Assembly: GCF_000150275.1 (NCBI RefSeq)
Contig: NW_002060951.1
Location: 1,684,297 to 1,748,296 of the forward strand
DNA length: 64,000 bases
From: Trichoplax adhaerens
Taxonomy: Eukaryota; Animalia; Placozoa
Reading direction: 5' to 3'
Each line of letters opens with the position of its first letter. Position 1 is the first letter of the stretch. Below, piece by piece: positions 37,901 to 49,919 of the stretch. The notes under the pieces are model-generated. The model saw nothing but the letters and a program-made list of their open reading frames with translations. It was not told the origin of the DNA and did not search any database. The position numbers and the translations under genes are program-made.

Positions 37901-40900
37901 AAAATAGTCAAATGCGTCTGAATTATTTCGAAAACAGAATAAGTAAGCCACTTCTTTCATATAATTTTTACTAATTTTATAGTTGATAAGAAAATTGATT
38001 GTAGAATTTACATTAGAGCTAGGCACTATGCTCTTAGTACAGTACCTTATTGTTAGAATTTAATCCGGACAATGCCGCCGGAAACATTAAATATTTTCCA
38101 CCTTTTGCCTCCGATGGTGAACAAACTCCTTCTAATGGATCATGTTCAGAGCCAAAACTATGACCTTTATCATATTAAACGTTACAGACAGTATAGTCAT
38201 ATTAAAGGATTTATACGGAAATAAAAAACGTGAATTATCATTATTCTAATAACAATTATCTTACCGATTTCTATTTTTGAGAAGGGCATATTGATTCAAC
38301 AATCCCAAAGTTAATTCAAGCAAAATAATAAAAACGTTACTAATACTGATATTTTATAATTATTTATTTTCTTGAGGTAACTGCCGTATTTATTTAACCT
38401 TTCTCTAAACTACTTATCCAGTAATTTACTTTATGCAGTAACAATTTCGAGAACTACAGTATTATGCAAAAGCAATGCACGTGAAGCCATATATACGCTA
38501 AAATTAAGTTATTGCAACAATTACCGTGCGCAAGCACTAATTGAAACTCCAATGTTGTCATTCTTTTACCCCAATTTAGAGGAGTACTTAATCCCACATT
38601 AGCACTGACATAATCATTTCCGTTTCGGATGCCTAATAATATAGCAATGATTCTCATTCTATTTTGCCTATCTCCAATGGCTACTGAAGAACACTTATAA
38701 TTTAGACAAGGTCCTTTAGTCTTAGAAATTGCCGTCTATATAACATCGCGTTAATAATTCAAGCGTGCATACAAAGATATCCGCCTTTAGTTGTCGTCAG
38801 AAAAAGACTGTCTAACTTACGTGGTGAGCAAATACCTCCAACGGTATCCTGGCGTTGACTAGCTACGTAAGCTAAACCAATCGTTCCATCAGCAAAATCT
38901 TGATAGGTAAATAAATGTGCTAAGCAAACTTGACTCCAATCTTTAAGACTAAATAGCTACGATGTAATGGGGTATATCAAAGTAATAGAAATTAAAAGTC
39001 TTTCTCAAATGTTGTACGGATATTTTATATCTCATTAAATAAGTAATCTTATTTGCGCAATTAGCTGAGACTATCTCATAATTAATATCATTGGCTACAA
39101 ATAGAATTAGCCAGAATAACCATTCATAGCCTACACCAAATACCATTTAACATACCTTTAAATGTGATTGAATATCATGTAGCGATTTTTGCATATTGTA
39201 GTGATGTTTCGCACTAGTATAGGATTCATTATGTACTATAATCTAAACACATATAATAGAACCTTTGCTTATTTTTTATACATTTTCTAGAGATATTTCC
39301 ATTTTCTGAAGGATGGAAATTATGATAGCAATGAGGTTAGATATCGAATGGATTTTTCTTTATCTCATTTTAGTTATAATTAAAACTATAACAATAATCA
39401 AATATTTATAGCCTACCGAGATGCGTGTATTAATGCACTATCTGTCTAAGTCAATTTGTACCTTACTAATTTGAAATCCTATCCTCGGCATATTATCTTT
39501 AAATGATTCTGACCGATACATCCTATCAACCCTATCCGCTATATGGACCTAGTGATTGCAAATTTACAATAAAATAACCGAGACTAGAATTTATATGATA
39601 TCTTAAGCCTTTATCTTATATTTGTATATTTTTATAATAATAAAATGTTAACAAAATCTGATATCGCACTCTGCACATAGTAAAGGTTTGAGTGTTATTA
39701 AATGAAAAATCAAGTTAATCAGTTAATGTGCATAATCGATTTAAAGAAGAATTTACCGAAACTAAGCTTCGGAATATAAGATCCAATACTTACCATATAG
39801 TTAATTGTACTACCAACATTTTTATCTCCAATATGGTTAAAAAATCGATAATCCGCTACTAACGCCAGTTTACAAGTATCCATTTCCATAATTTCTCTTG
39901 TGTAACGTTTGTGATCATCGAATTCTGAAATATTAATTAAAGAATTCTTTTATTCGATTTTAATTCATCACTGTAATGGAAAGATACCATAAATTGCTTT
40001 GCAGTCAAAGTTGTATAAGCTGTGACTATAGAATTTATAGATTAAATTAAATTATCTTAGTTGTAATAATTGTAGCAGGTTCATTACAATTAGATGCAAT
40101 GAGCTACTAAGACATCTTACTGGGTCTAAGTCTACAATTGGTACTATTTCCTCATGTTAATTTACTATTTTGTACAGGATCAGTTCAGCACACTATATAG
40201 CTATCGTATTTAACGCTAATTTCGCACGATAAACTCTTGCGTACTCTGCGTAAAAGATGATATACAGAACACAAAACTGTTCAACGCATAACTTTAATAA
40301 TACTAATCTACAACAGAGCATACGATAAAGTCTAGGGTACGCTAGTCTACCTTCTTCATTTTTGATGTGATGACGATCAATCGAATTAGGTACAACAATA
40401 TTACATGAATCTGATAAATATCTGAAATTATAAAGATCATAATTATTATCAGATTTGATCGATGATAAAAGATATTACTGTAGTAAAAGACATGATATTT
40501 ACTCCCTGGCTACTGTAGACATAATTATAATATGTAGTACATACATGTACGGCGAGATGATAAAATGTATAAAAAAAGTATAAAAGCAGGCAAGAATTTT
40601 CCACTATAAAATAATTAGAAAACGTTATGTTGAGCTGGCAAAGTTCTTATACATTTGTTATAATCGATATCATGACTGCATTGTTGGAGAAAGTCGGCTA
40701 CAGATCTTGAAAAGCATCAATTATTTGGATCGTATACTATTTATATTTCAATATTTCACTGAAGTTATTCATCAATTGTTAATGGATATATCAAGTCATC
40801 AGTCTAGTTTAGCTATGTTTATATAGGGGCATCGTAGACAAGATAATAATAAAGAAATGGGGTAAAGAGATATTCATATTGCTGTTTATCGAAGTAATAA

Positions 40901-43616
40901 GGATAACCGTGGGTGGATGATAATCGTCTAATTTCATTTGCCTGTCAAGATATTACTTTAATTTTACAATGTAAACGATTTGAACCTGCTATTATTATAG
41001 CTATTATATTTCAAATCTCTTTGACGGTAGATAATAAATGTTGAGGCGCCATCCTGTCTGTTACTGCCATCTTGATAAGGCTTCGAAAACAAGAAAAAAA
41101 TAATTATCAGACTAACTTCAAACTGAATTCACTCGTTAGTGGAAATTTTCTGACGGCATAAAACTAGTATTAGCAATGGTTAAGTGAAGCAATATCAGTA
41201 TGAATTAATTATGGTGACCAAATCAACCAATAGATAGCTTTAGCCAAGAAAGATCATAAAATGAATATTAGAAAATTGTCAAGTTGTATTACAAAACTAT
41301 GTATTACTAATAACAGCGGTTTGGGTACGTATGATTGCTCATTATTTTAAGCGTGTTATTGATGATACGCATGCACATCCTATTCTTACCTCGATGGCAT
41401 AAGTTTCATTTATGGCTTCAAAAGTTCCCAAAATTGTATATTCATCGATATAAAAAGAACCTTCCGACGCTAAATCACCTAATTATGATCAAATTATAAA
41501 AATAATTCTTACCTAGTTTGTCTAGATGTAGGCATGTAGCTACTGGTATTGGAGTTCATTTAAATTTTTTACACATATTACTGTGATTTCTCAGAATATG
41601 CGCAATTAACCAATACTGACAGGAATGAATTAGCCAGTGTTTCATGTTTCCATTGTTGTCTCATGCAACGAAACGGCCCAATGCTTGAGATAGACTAATA
41701 AAAATTATCGAATAGCTAAAATTACCGTGCTTACCGTCGAGACTGCATTCATAAAGGTGATCAACTTGAAAATCGTATTTGATCATTTTGTTTTCAGTAT
41801 GACCCAAATGGTACACTTCGAATGATGGTGAGAACAGCCCTGAGCGTGGCCATAAATTTAAATTAAATTGCCTAACACAGGGGTTGTAAAATTAAATTAA
41901 AATATATGGAGTTGATACTAGTAATTAATTTATAAGTAATATGGTTTTAATATATCGTTCAAAGTGAGCTAAACGAATTCAGGAAGAATGAATTCTATGA
42001 ATTTAACATAAAGTATAACAATCCGACTAAAAAGAATACAGTATAGCTTAGGCAGTTGAGCACATTTAGCTGATGGATTGAAATAGCGAAAATAAGTGGC
42101 TAGATGAGTACTGATATTAAAGGAATAGGATACAAAAAATTCATGATCATCGCTTTGCAAGACACTAAATAGGATTATCAATTGCATTAGAGATATCAAT
42201 AAAATGAAAGCATTTAAGATCGTAATTGAAGATCTATGTTAATAATATATCTACGATTAAAAGACTTATGCAGTTGGCAGATAAAAATCTTGTACCGTTT
42301 TTAAGCGTAGTATTATATTATTAAAGTAAAAAACTGCCGATCTTGACAACGAATTGGATTTGATAGCAACTTGTATCGATAACTTGGTTATTATAGCAAA
42401 CAACATTTTTTGACCAGATAGTCTTATTTAATAGAAATATCATACCTATCAAAAGCTGTGAATAATATCGATTCAATCCGGCATGATAGACCGCTGCAGC
42501 CGTTCGTGTTAGACCTAGTATTTTGACTTGTGATGTATTTAAAATCCGCTAACTGCAATTTTTCATAATATTGGATACGTTCTGCAGTATACAATATTTT
42601 CAAAGAACACAAGATTGACTGAAAGATCGTATTGCATAAATATGTATAACTATAAAATTTATATTTTAGATTGTACCGTATCAACTGATGTTGCAATTTT
42701 TCAAAGAATAAGATTTCCATTAGCATTACGATAGTAAAAACTTAAGAAGTAGAATATAACTCATTGTCATTTTGTGGATATCTACGTTATAGAGATAATT
42801 TCAGTGGCATTTACTACGATATAGCTTTAAAGCTTCGTATCGGATCTAATATGAGCTATCTGCCTGAAATAAATAAGTTAATCGGCGATACGATACTATA
42901 TCAGGCGTGTATGAATGAGTGTTCGGAGCAGTGCATAGAAATTTTCACTTAATTTATCTTAATTTAGTGCACTCTTGATAAGATCAAGGGTTTAAGAAGA
43001 TTAAAAAGTACATTATAAACATGTATTTTGCACCAATGATATACTATAGGCGTTAGCAAGTAAACAAACATCACCCTTTATTTAATCTCAGTTTCGTAGT
43101 GGGTAGTATCTTGTATCGACAACTTGGTAGACGTAAAATCTAGTTTTTAGATTCACATGAAAATTACGCGGATAATATAAGACTAATAGATGTTCATTCA
43201 TCTTATGAATATATAAATAGGATCTTGAAATTACAAATTAATTGAAAGAATACCATCACTTACAACAATTTAATTGATTGCATGTGCTTTAAAAAAATTA
43301 AAAGTTATAGTCACATCATACAGAATGAATTTCGACTAAAATGAAGCGTCGAAATGACTAAAGAGAGTATAACGATATGCAAATTCTGTTATTATTTACG
43401 GTACAGAATTTAAAATTGACATCAGCTTAGAGCACTAAATATACGCGTAGTATAGTAAACGAATAATCAAACATATTGCATCTCAAAGAAATTTTAAGAG
43501 CTATGATGTAGAAGATTAATAACAATTTAGACATTACCTAGATCGATCATGGTAACCGAGAAATGGATACAGCCTAAAAATATATAAAGTATAGAAATAT
43601 AATGACACCCAACCAT
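34965..43616 (-). CDS. ADAM17: ADAM17 (TACE)-like metalloprotease-disintegrin
   Basis: Signal-peptide exon 43616-43538, prodomain, furin-like [57 protein letters not shown] Met-turn, disintegrin [15 protein letters not shown], membrane-proximal CQICC, VQDFITR and [18 protein letters not shown]. Stop at 34967-34965. Confidence 0.93.
36712..37102 (-). other. U12-type (minor) AT-AC intron in ADAM17
   Basis: 5' ATATCCTT (37102-37095), branch TTCTTTAAC (36729-36721) 9 nt before the terminal CCAC. Splicing restores YCDGFSSQCP in frame. Confidence 0.88.
38265..38270 (-). CDS. 6-nt microexon AAATCG encoding the catalytic Glu of ADAM17 HEIGH
   Basis: Context on the minus strand is AAATAG|AAATCG|GTAAGA. 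The flanking exons end CAC G and begin GT CAT, so inclusion gives H-E-I-G-H. Confidence 0.85.
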
Positions 43617-46600
43617 ATTGAATTCAATATATGATTGATTTTGTTTTGTCTATCGATTTAAGATAGTGCTAAAATCGATCATAACTTACTGATAATCATC
43701 ATTTTATTGCCATGAAAAGTGTGTCATTATATATCAATAAGGCATTTGCACATTAAGTATAAAACTGGTAAACAAAAGAAAGGATTTCTTTAAATGCGGC
43801 ATAATACTAACATGACATCTGCAATTGATCCGATATAACGCAACCAATTGTTCCTTCCTATTATTTTTCTTGGTTGTGAATGGCTGGCGAAAGTTTTAAT
43901 GTACTGTTTTGGCTTGGTAGGTTGATTTAAGTAACCAAGTTATTGACGTGCTTACATTAATGAATGGCCTCTGATGAGAAAGGTTCTCGGAAAAATTGCT
44001 TTCAAATTTGTCAATCAAATCTTTTAAGTAATAATTCCTAAAAATACAATATCTGATTATCATCACTATTTAATATTATGTGAACAACGTAATTGTGATA
44101 TGAAGCTAATTGTGATGAGAGTAGCTATCTTACTGTTACTGTCAACAGTATTTGACCTTTAAGATTATTACTTCTCGTGAATTCTCGACTTTTGATATCA
44201 TACTATTTAAATGAGTTATTTAATATTATGCTAAGTTCTCAATTAACGATGGTGCTGTAGCTTCTATAGTCTTAAGGACTAAGATGGATTGGCTTTAATT
44301 AATGGGACTGAGACCTTTCATCATCATGGTTTATCAGCGCATTTTAGATCGTTCTAGTGACGTTGGAGTGTCTAGTTATCACCAGTCTGTTGAAGTTGAT
44401 TACGGTATGATCCGAGGTTAATTCTGATCTATTGGTATAACTCTTTTATTCTGTGTTATTTCTACCACTAGCCTAGCCTTAAGATTGAAATAATGTCGGT
44501 TTAGCATGATTACGTCTTCAATAGCATGCCTGTTTAATTTATTCAATTGATCGTACTTGCTATAATATCGATTATTCGAAGAAATCTACAGCTTTAACCG
44601 TTAGATATAACACGGATTATACGTTTTTAACACCATGGTTTAACAAGTAAATTATAATTACCAACGTTTTGTAAAGGATTATTTAATTCTAGATAAGCTC
44701 TTGTAGTTTATCATTATCGAATAAGAAGCAAGTTATGATTGTGCTAGCGCTCTGCGTAGATTAAGAAAAGTATTGTGCTTCTATGCATGGATGGTAATAG
44801 TATATAGCCGAAATTATATGCATTTAAGCTGAGATTTGCAATTCCAGACTGTCTTTTATATCAATTGAACAGTAACAGATCGATAAATGTATTTATAGTT
44901 ATTCTTCAGTATACATGGAAAATTTGTAAAATTTAAGGAAAAGTCAAGTTATACTCGATTTCGTTCCAGTGTAAACGCTAGCTGAAATTGAAAATTAAAG
45001 TTTTAGGTCCGATAACTCAATGAAAGGAGTTGTAGACGGGTGGACAACTAGAGAAGCAAAATGTCATGCACTTGATAACTTGTAGTTATAAGGTAATCCA
45101 AAGACAAAAACACCCTAGTTTTAAATGACGTATAAAGACATTTAGAATTTAGCTTAGTAGTTATTATTTCGATATTTTAATGGGCAATAATTCACATTTT
45201 ATATTTGTGTTGTCAAAATATCACGCCCAACTTTTTAACAGTGCGTTACATCAGAACAATTAATTCCCAGTACAGCACTGCTCTATCCCGACTAATTCTA
45301 ATAGCTAACCTTTACGTTTGGACTATGTGATAAAAATGAGTTACAGGTATGATCTTTGATAGATATCAAAGCCGTAAGAGAAAAGACTGATATGGTCTAT
45401 TAACTAGTTCATACTAAGAATTCACTGGATCAAGTATATGTAGAGTGATTGTAAAAATTCGTTATTACACTTTAAAGCTAACTATGGCGACCAGTAGGTC
45501 GCCATAGTTTGCTTCAAAGACGAGATTAAACTATGCTGGTCAAAGTACAAAAAGCGGAAGGAGAATAGCTTCGGTGCATTAATAGATGACGAAATCGCTA
45601 ATAATGGATCAACTACGACAAGGATCTTTTGTAGTCTTGATTTATGAAACTTAAATGCACCGCATACGCGTATGTACTTTACTTGCATCACTACAAAGGG
45701 GACGATTTCTATCAAAGTACTGATGCATCCAGAAATTGAATCATAACTGATTAGTTCATTAAGATGCTTTAATGGTACTTTTATAATATATGCTGTACAG
45801 TCTACATGCTAGATAAAAATTAATAATAGCGTCTATGTACGCCGATGTTGCGTGCTAATAACTTATAAGTAAGTTAATGTAAAATAAAAGTCTTTTGTTA
45901 GTCATACAGATTTACCGACGTTACAGGATAGACATCCAAGGGAGAAAACTGAACGAAGACAATATTCGGGTGTATCATAGTAAGAAGACATAGACGAAAC
46001 CATATAATTACAATACTCAAGAGATGACATACTGCATTACGTTTTATAGAAAATACCGACAATAATTAAATCAGCATAATTGTGCTCGCTAGCTAATCTA
46101 TCACAGGCTGTAACTAATTAATTAGATCTACAATAATTGTGTTGCCGCCTTTTAAAATGGTGAAACTGTCGGTGGTGTTCAGACAGCTAACGTTGTCGTA
46201 ACATCGCCTGTCCTGTAAACTACAGTACTGCTTGTTACCTTGTAGTGTATGCCGCCATAGAACGTGGGAAATCCTAGATATCATACAATACTTTTTACGG
46301 CTTATCTACACCTACTACATTATGATCACATTCTACAAATGTTCACGTGCATTAGGATATGGTATTAAAGTTATGTTCATACTAGAGCTGATTTGTTGTC
46401 ACAGTTCTTATGACTCATTAACGTGTGTATGATATCGCGCTTGGCTTGGGCTTCCAAATAAAGTAGACTAAAGGAAAGGAAAGCTCAAAATCTCAGATTC
46501 TTGATCTCGTTACAAACGTATCTTTCTAAATCTGAATAGGAGTTTGAATGCATTAATACTAGCGATTTTGAGAGTATATCATTCATACTCTATTACCTTT

Positions 46601-48369
46601 TCGTCACACTAATTTATCACAGCATAAAATTGGAGAGGAAAGATGAAAGAATTAGATTCAATTTATCTATTGCGTGGAAAATCTATAGATGCTTACTTTA
46701 GGCTTACAAATTCTAGGAGTTAAAAATAACAAAAGCGATTACGGTAATAAAGGAATACACTTAAACTAAACTAAACTGCTTGTGTTTATTGGATAGTAAT
46801 CAGATAATCTCTAATTCCTTAAAAGAATATATGCATATCGGTATTGTAAAAATAAAAATAAACTGTACACTTTTATGAAGAAAATGCTATAATATGGTTT
46901 ATGATGTCCTTTGAATCAACAAATTGGCATATTGCAACTTTCCTGCTTCTTAATTAATGATGGTATTTTGGACGTAGCACTGGAAGAATTCTGGCTCAAG
47001 GCACATCCTTGACATTAAAGACAGTGAGACAAAGACTTAAACTAAGACAGTTACAATCTGTAGAATGGTGATAAATTGCTTACGCACGATAGAAATTGAT
47101 TTAAAACGTAGTTGATTGGAAAGAGCCTCTGCGACGTGCATTGTTTCTAGTGCAGTGCATCTTTTTTCTTCAATTAACAGCTCATAACTATACTACTGTC
47201 TATTTGAAGGTTTCTTTACAGGGCGCTATGACAATGAGGAATTATTGCTTTATTATCGATATCGTCAATCTCGATTTTAATCTCGCGAACAATTTACTAG
47301 GCTACTTGCTTTGAGTAAACTACCTGCCCTTAATGAAATTCTTCTGATGGATTCTATCATATATTGTACGTAAAGCGTACGTGCTCGACGAATGTCTACC
47401 TATCATTAGGATATCAATTTCCGATTACTGAATACACATATAATTTAAGTGTCACTGAAAGTTACTGAATGAATTAAAGAATCTTTTTGAGCGAGATAAT
47501 AAAATAACTGTTAACGCAGTCTTGAGTATAATTTATAAAAATGGAACAAAATTAGAAAAACATTTTGCTAGTTTTGAGTATATTCCATATTGTGAGAGTG
47601 CAGCCACAAGCAGTCGTTGTCGAGGGTTCTCATGCTGAATTGTTGTGTTAGCAGGCAGCTGTAGCCTGTAGGTATTACGGCAGTAATTGTAATAATCGGA
47701 ATGCAGGAAGTACAGGAGAATCTATACGGCTATGAGAGCATGAAAATCGTGTTGCAAATGGAAAATTGCAGAGTAGAAATTCTAAGCAGTCTCTAATATA
47801 CGCTAGAGAAGCAGATTTCACCAAAAGCATCGCGTTAATTTTTCGAAAAGGGTTGAGTCAATTTTAGTTGACCAAGCAATGCAGTATGTTCTGTGTAATG
47901 CCACGATTATACTGGATACGAATGTAGTACGTCCATACCATACCATAGGCGTATATCATATGCGATAGGTTGCATTGCGTCATTAAAGATTGGCAAATAC
48001 TTCAACTTTATTAATTAAGCTAATATCCAGTACAGTACTATCTGAACTCTGGTCCGAAGTTATAGTACCAATTGAATGTCTGTCTATTTTTGATGGAATA
48101 AAAAATCCTTCAATAGCAATATCTTGCGGAACAGACTTACTCTTAGTTGTACAGTACAGCGTATGCTTGGTTCATGCAATTAATCAAGGCAACCGTCATC
48201 AAACTATTCAATATTAGCTCTTCGTATATACTGTACAGGCATACGCTTATAGGCTTATCCTACAATTTATTCCATTGATTCTGATCAGATCTTATGGTGT
48301 TGCAATCATATTACGTGTCATCACACTGTCGAAATTATTCTATCTGCTACTCTTTTCACGAGAATGATT

Positions 48370-49590
48370 TACTGTACTGTACACTGTACAGTACAGTACA
48401 GCGTACATATCGATTGCTATACTGTAAAAGTGCAGTGCTGTACAGGGTACATTGTACTGTACAGTACAGTACAGTACAGTACTGTTCTTCATATCAACTA
48501 AGTATTGTATACTGTAAGATCCATTCAGAATGCTCAAAGTTGAAAAAAGTCTTTGCGTAGACCATTCCATATCATGCCATATTACACTGTCGTTAATCCT
48601 TTGGAAGTTTAAAACAATCGGCCTAAATGCATGCATATGATGCATGGGACAGTACGTACAGGAATCTATTACTAAAAGTTCCAAGCAGCGTTATGACTTT
48701 GCCTTTTGACTGCTAGATAGCACGGTTAAGGATAATGCAAAAGACATTAATAAATCAGTACAGCTGAGACGTAGTATGATGCATCGACTTACTCCACTCT
48801 ACAGTACAGTACTGTACAATATTGCACAGACAGTATTTAGACATTAATAAACCAGTACAGCTGAGACGTACAGTACAGTAGTAGTATGATGCGTCGACTT
48901 ACTCCACTATACTGTACAGTACTGTATACTAATTTACCGTAGTTTATTTTTTGACACCAGATAATCGGACGTGCGGTACAGACAGTGAAATAGTACTGTA
49001 CTGTACAGTATACTGTGCCACTAAATGAGTTACTATGAAAGAGTGAACATTGACGCGGCACGCGGTGACTGTACGCCCGAGTTGAGTGAGTGTACGGTAC
49101 AGTGTACAGTACACGAGAGGTCTGGTGCACAGTACTGTAACTCGTCGCTCGACGCTCAACGCCGGTCGCTGGCTGCTTGTATGAACGTACCATAGTGACG
49201 AGTGAGTACAGTACAGTACCACGGTACTCCCATAATAATCTGCACCTGTATGAACAAGTTCCACCAAAAATCAGTCAAACTTCAGGACAGTGCTATTCAC
49301 TGTCAATAGAAAAAGTCTTCCAATTTTTCACTGTCACAGTCAACGAGGTTTTTCTTTTGCCTCTACTAGTACACCAAGACTTATACTACTGCTTGTACTG
49401 GCAATTCCAAAATGCTAAATTTAGTGTAGTACCTATGACACAGAATAACTATGAGGTTATCTTTTGTGAAGTAGGGGACGGCTGAGAAGTCTGCCATAGG
49501 ATACCGACAAGTCTATGATGTACAGTACAGTAGCGTACTATACTGTACTGTACTTAAGAACTCTTGTACTGTACAATGTACAGTAGTCTG
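48370..49590. promoter_or_regulatory. (GTACW)n islands upstream of 14-3-3
   Basis: Densest tract in the window, e.g. 48453-48485 TGTACTGTACAGTACAGTACAGTACAGTACTGT. Confidence 0.55.
48743..48927 (+). repeat. Local tandem duplication (about 75 and 88 bp copies)
   Basis: GACATTAATAAA.CAGTACAGCTGAGACGT..AGTATGATGC.TCGACTTACTCCACT occurs at 48743 and 48840. Confidence 0.9.
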
Positions 49591-49620
49591 CACAAACGCT
49601 GTCGTCATCCTTAGCATTGA

Positions 49621-49628
49621 TGACGTCA
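49621..49628. promoter_or_regulatory. CRE palindrome TGACGTCA upstream of 14-3-3
   Basis: Exact CREB/ATF site about 300 bp upstream of the ATG, just after the TACAG island. Function is untested. Confidence 0.45.
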
Positions 49629-49919
49629 AATTGCCGCCATATGAACAGCAGGGGTTTGCTCACCCCACATCATTTTTTGGCTGGGTTAGGAGCTCTTTTA
49701 TTTCAATTCTACTGCACATTGCGCGTGCATCTTGCATTTCGGTTACGGTACTGCAGACTACTGTAAAGGAAGCGGTTAGGAAAATCATTGCTGTAGGCTT
49801 TTCTCTTGACCTGTTTGATCCGCCTTGTTTTAGGCTACCTAAAAATCGGTTGTCACGATTGAACATATTCCTTTTTCTAGAATCTTACTTAATTGATTTA
49901 AAGAAGACAAATCACAGTA

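Noticed and set aside
38948-39156. Suspected second ADAM17 microexon
   Set aside because: The upstream acceptor CGTAG|CTATTTAGT resolves the phase without one.
43620-48000. Hidden gene or RNA gene in the ADAM17 / 14-3-3 spacer
   Set aside because: No consistent exon chain, tRNA or snRNA could be recognised by eye; a computational scan could still find something.
48370-49590. Repeat clusters as a CRISPR array or telomeric repeat
   Set aside because: No constant repeat-spacer structure, no cas genes, eukaryotic context, and the unit is not TTAGGG-like.
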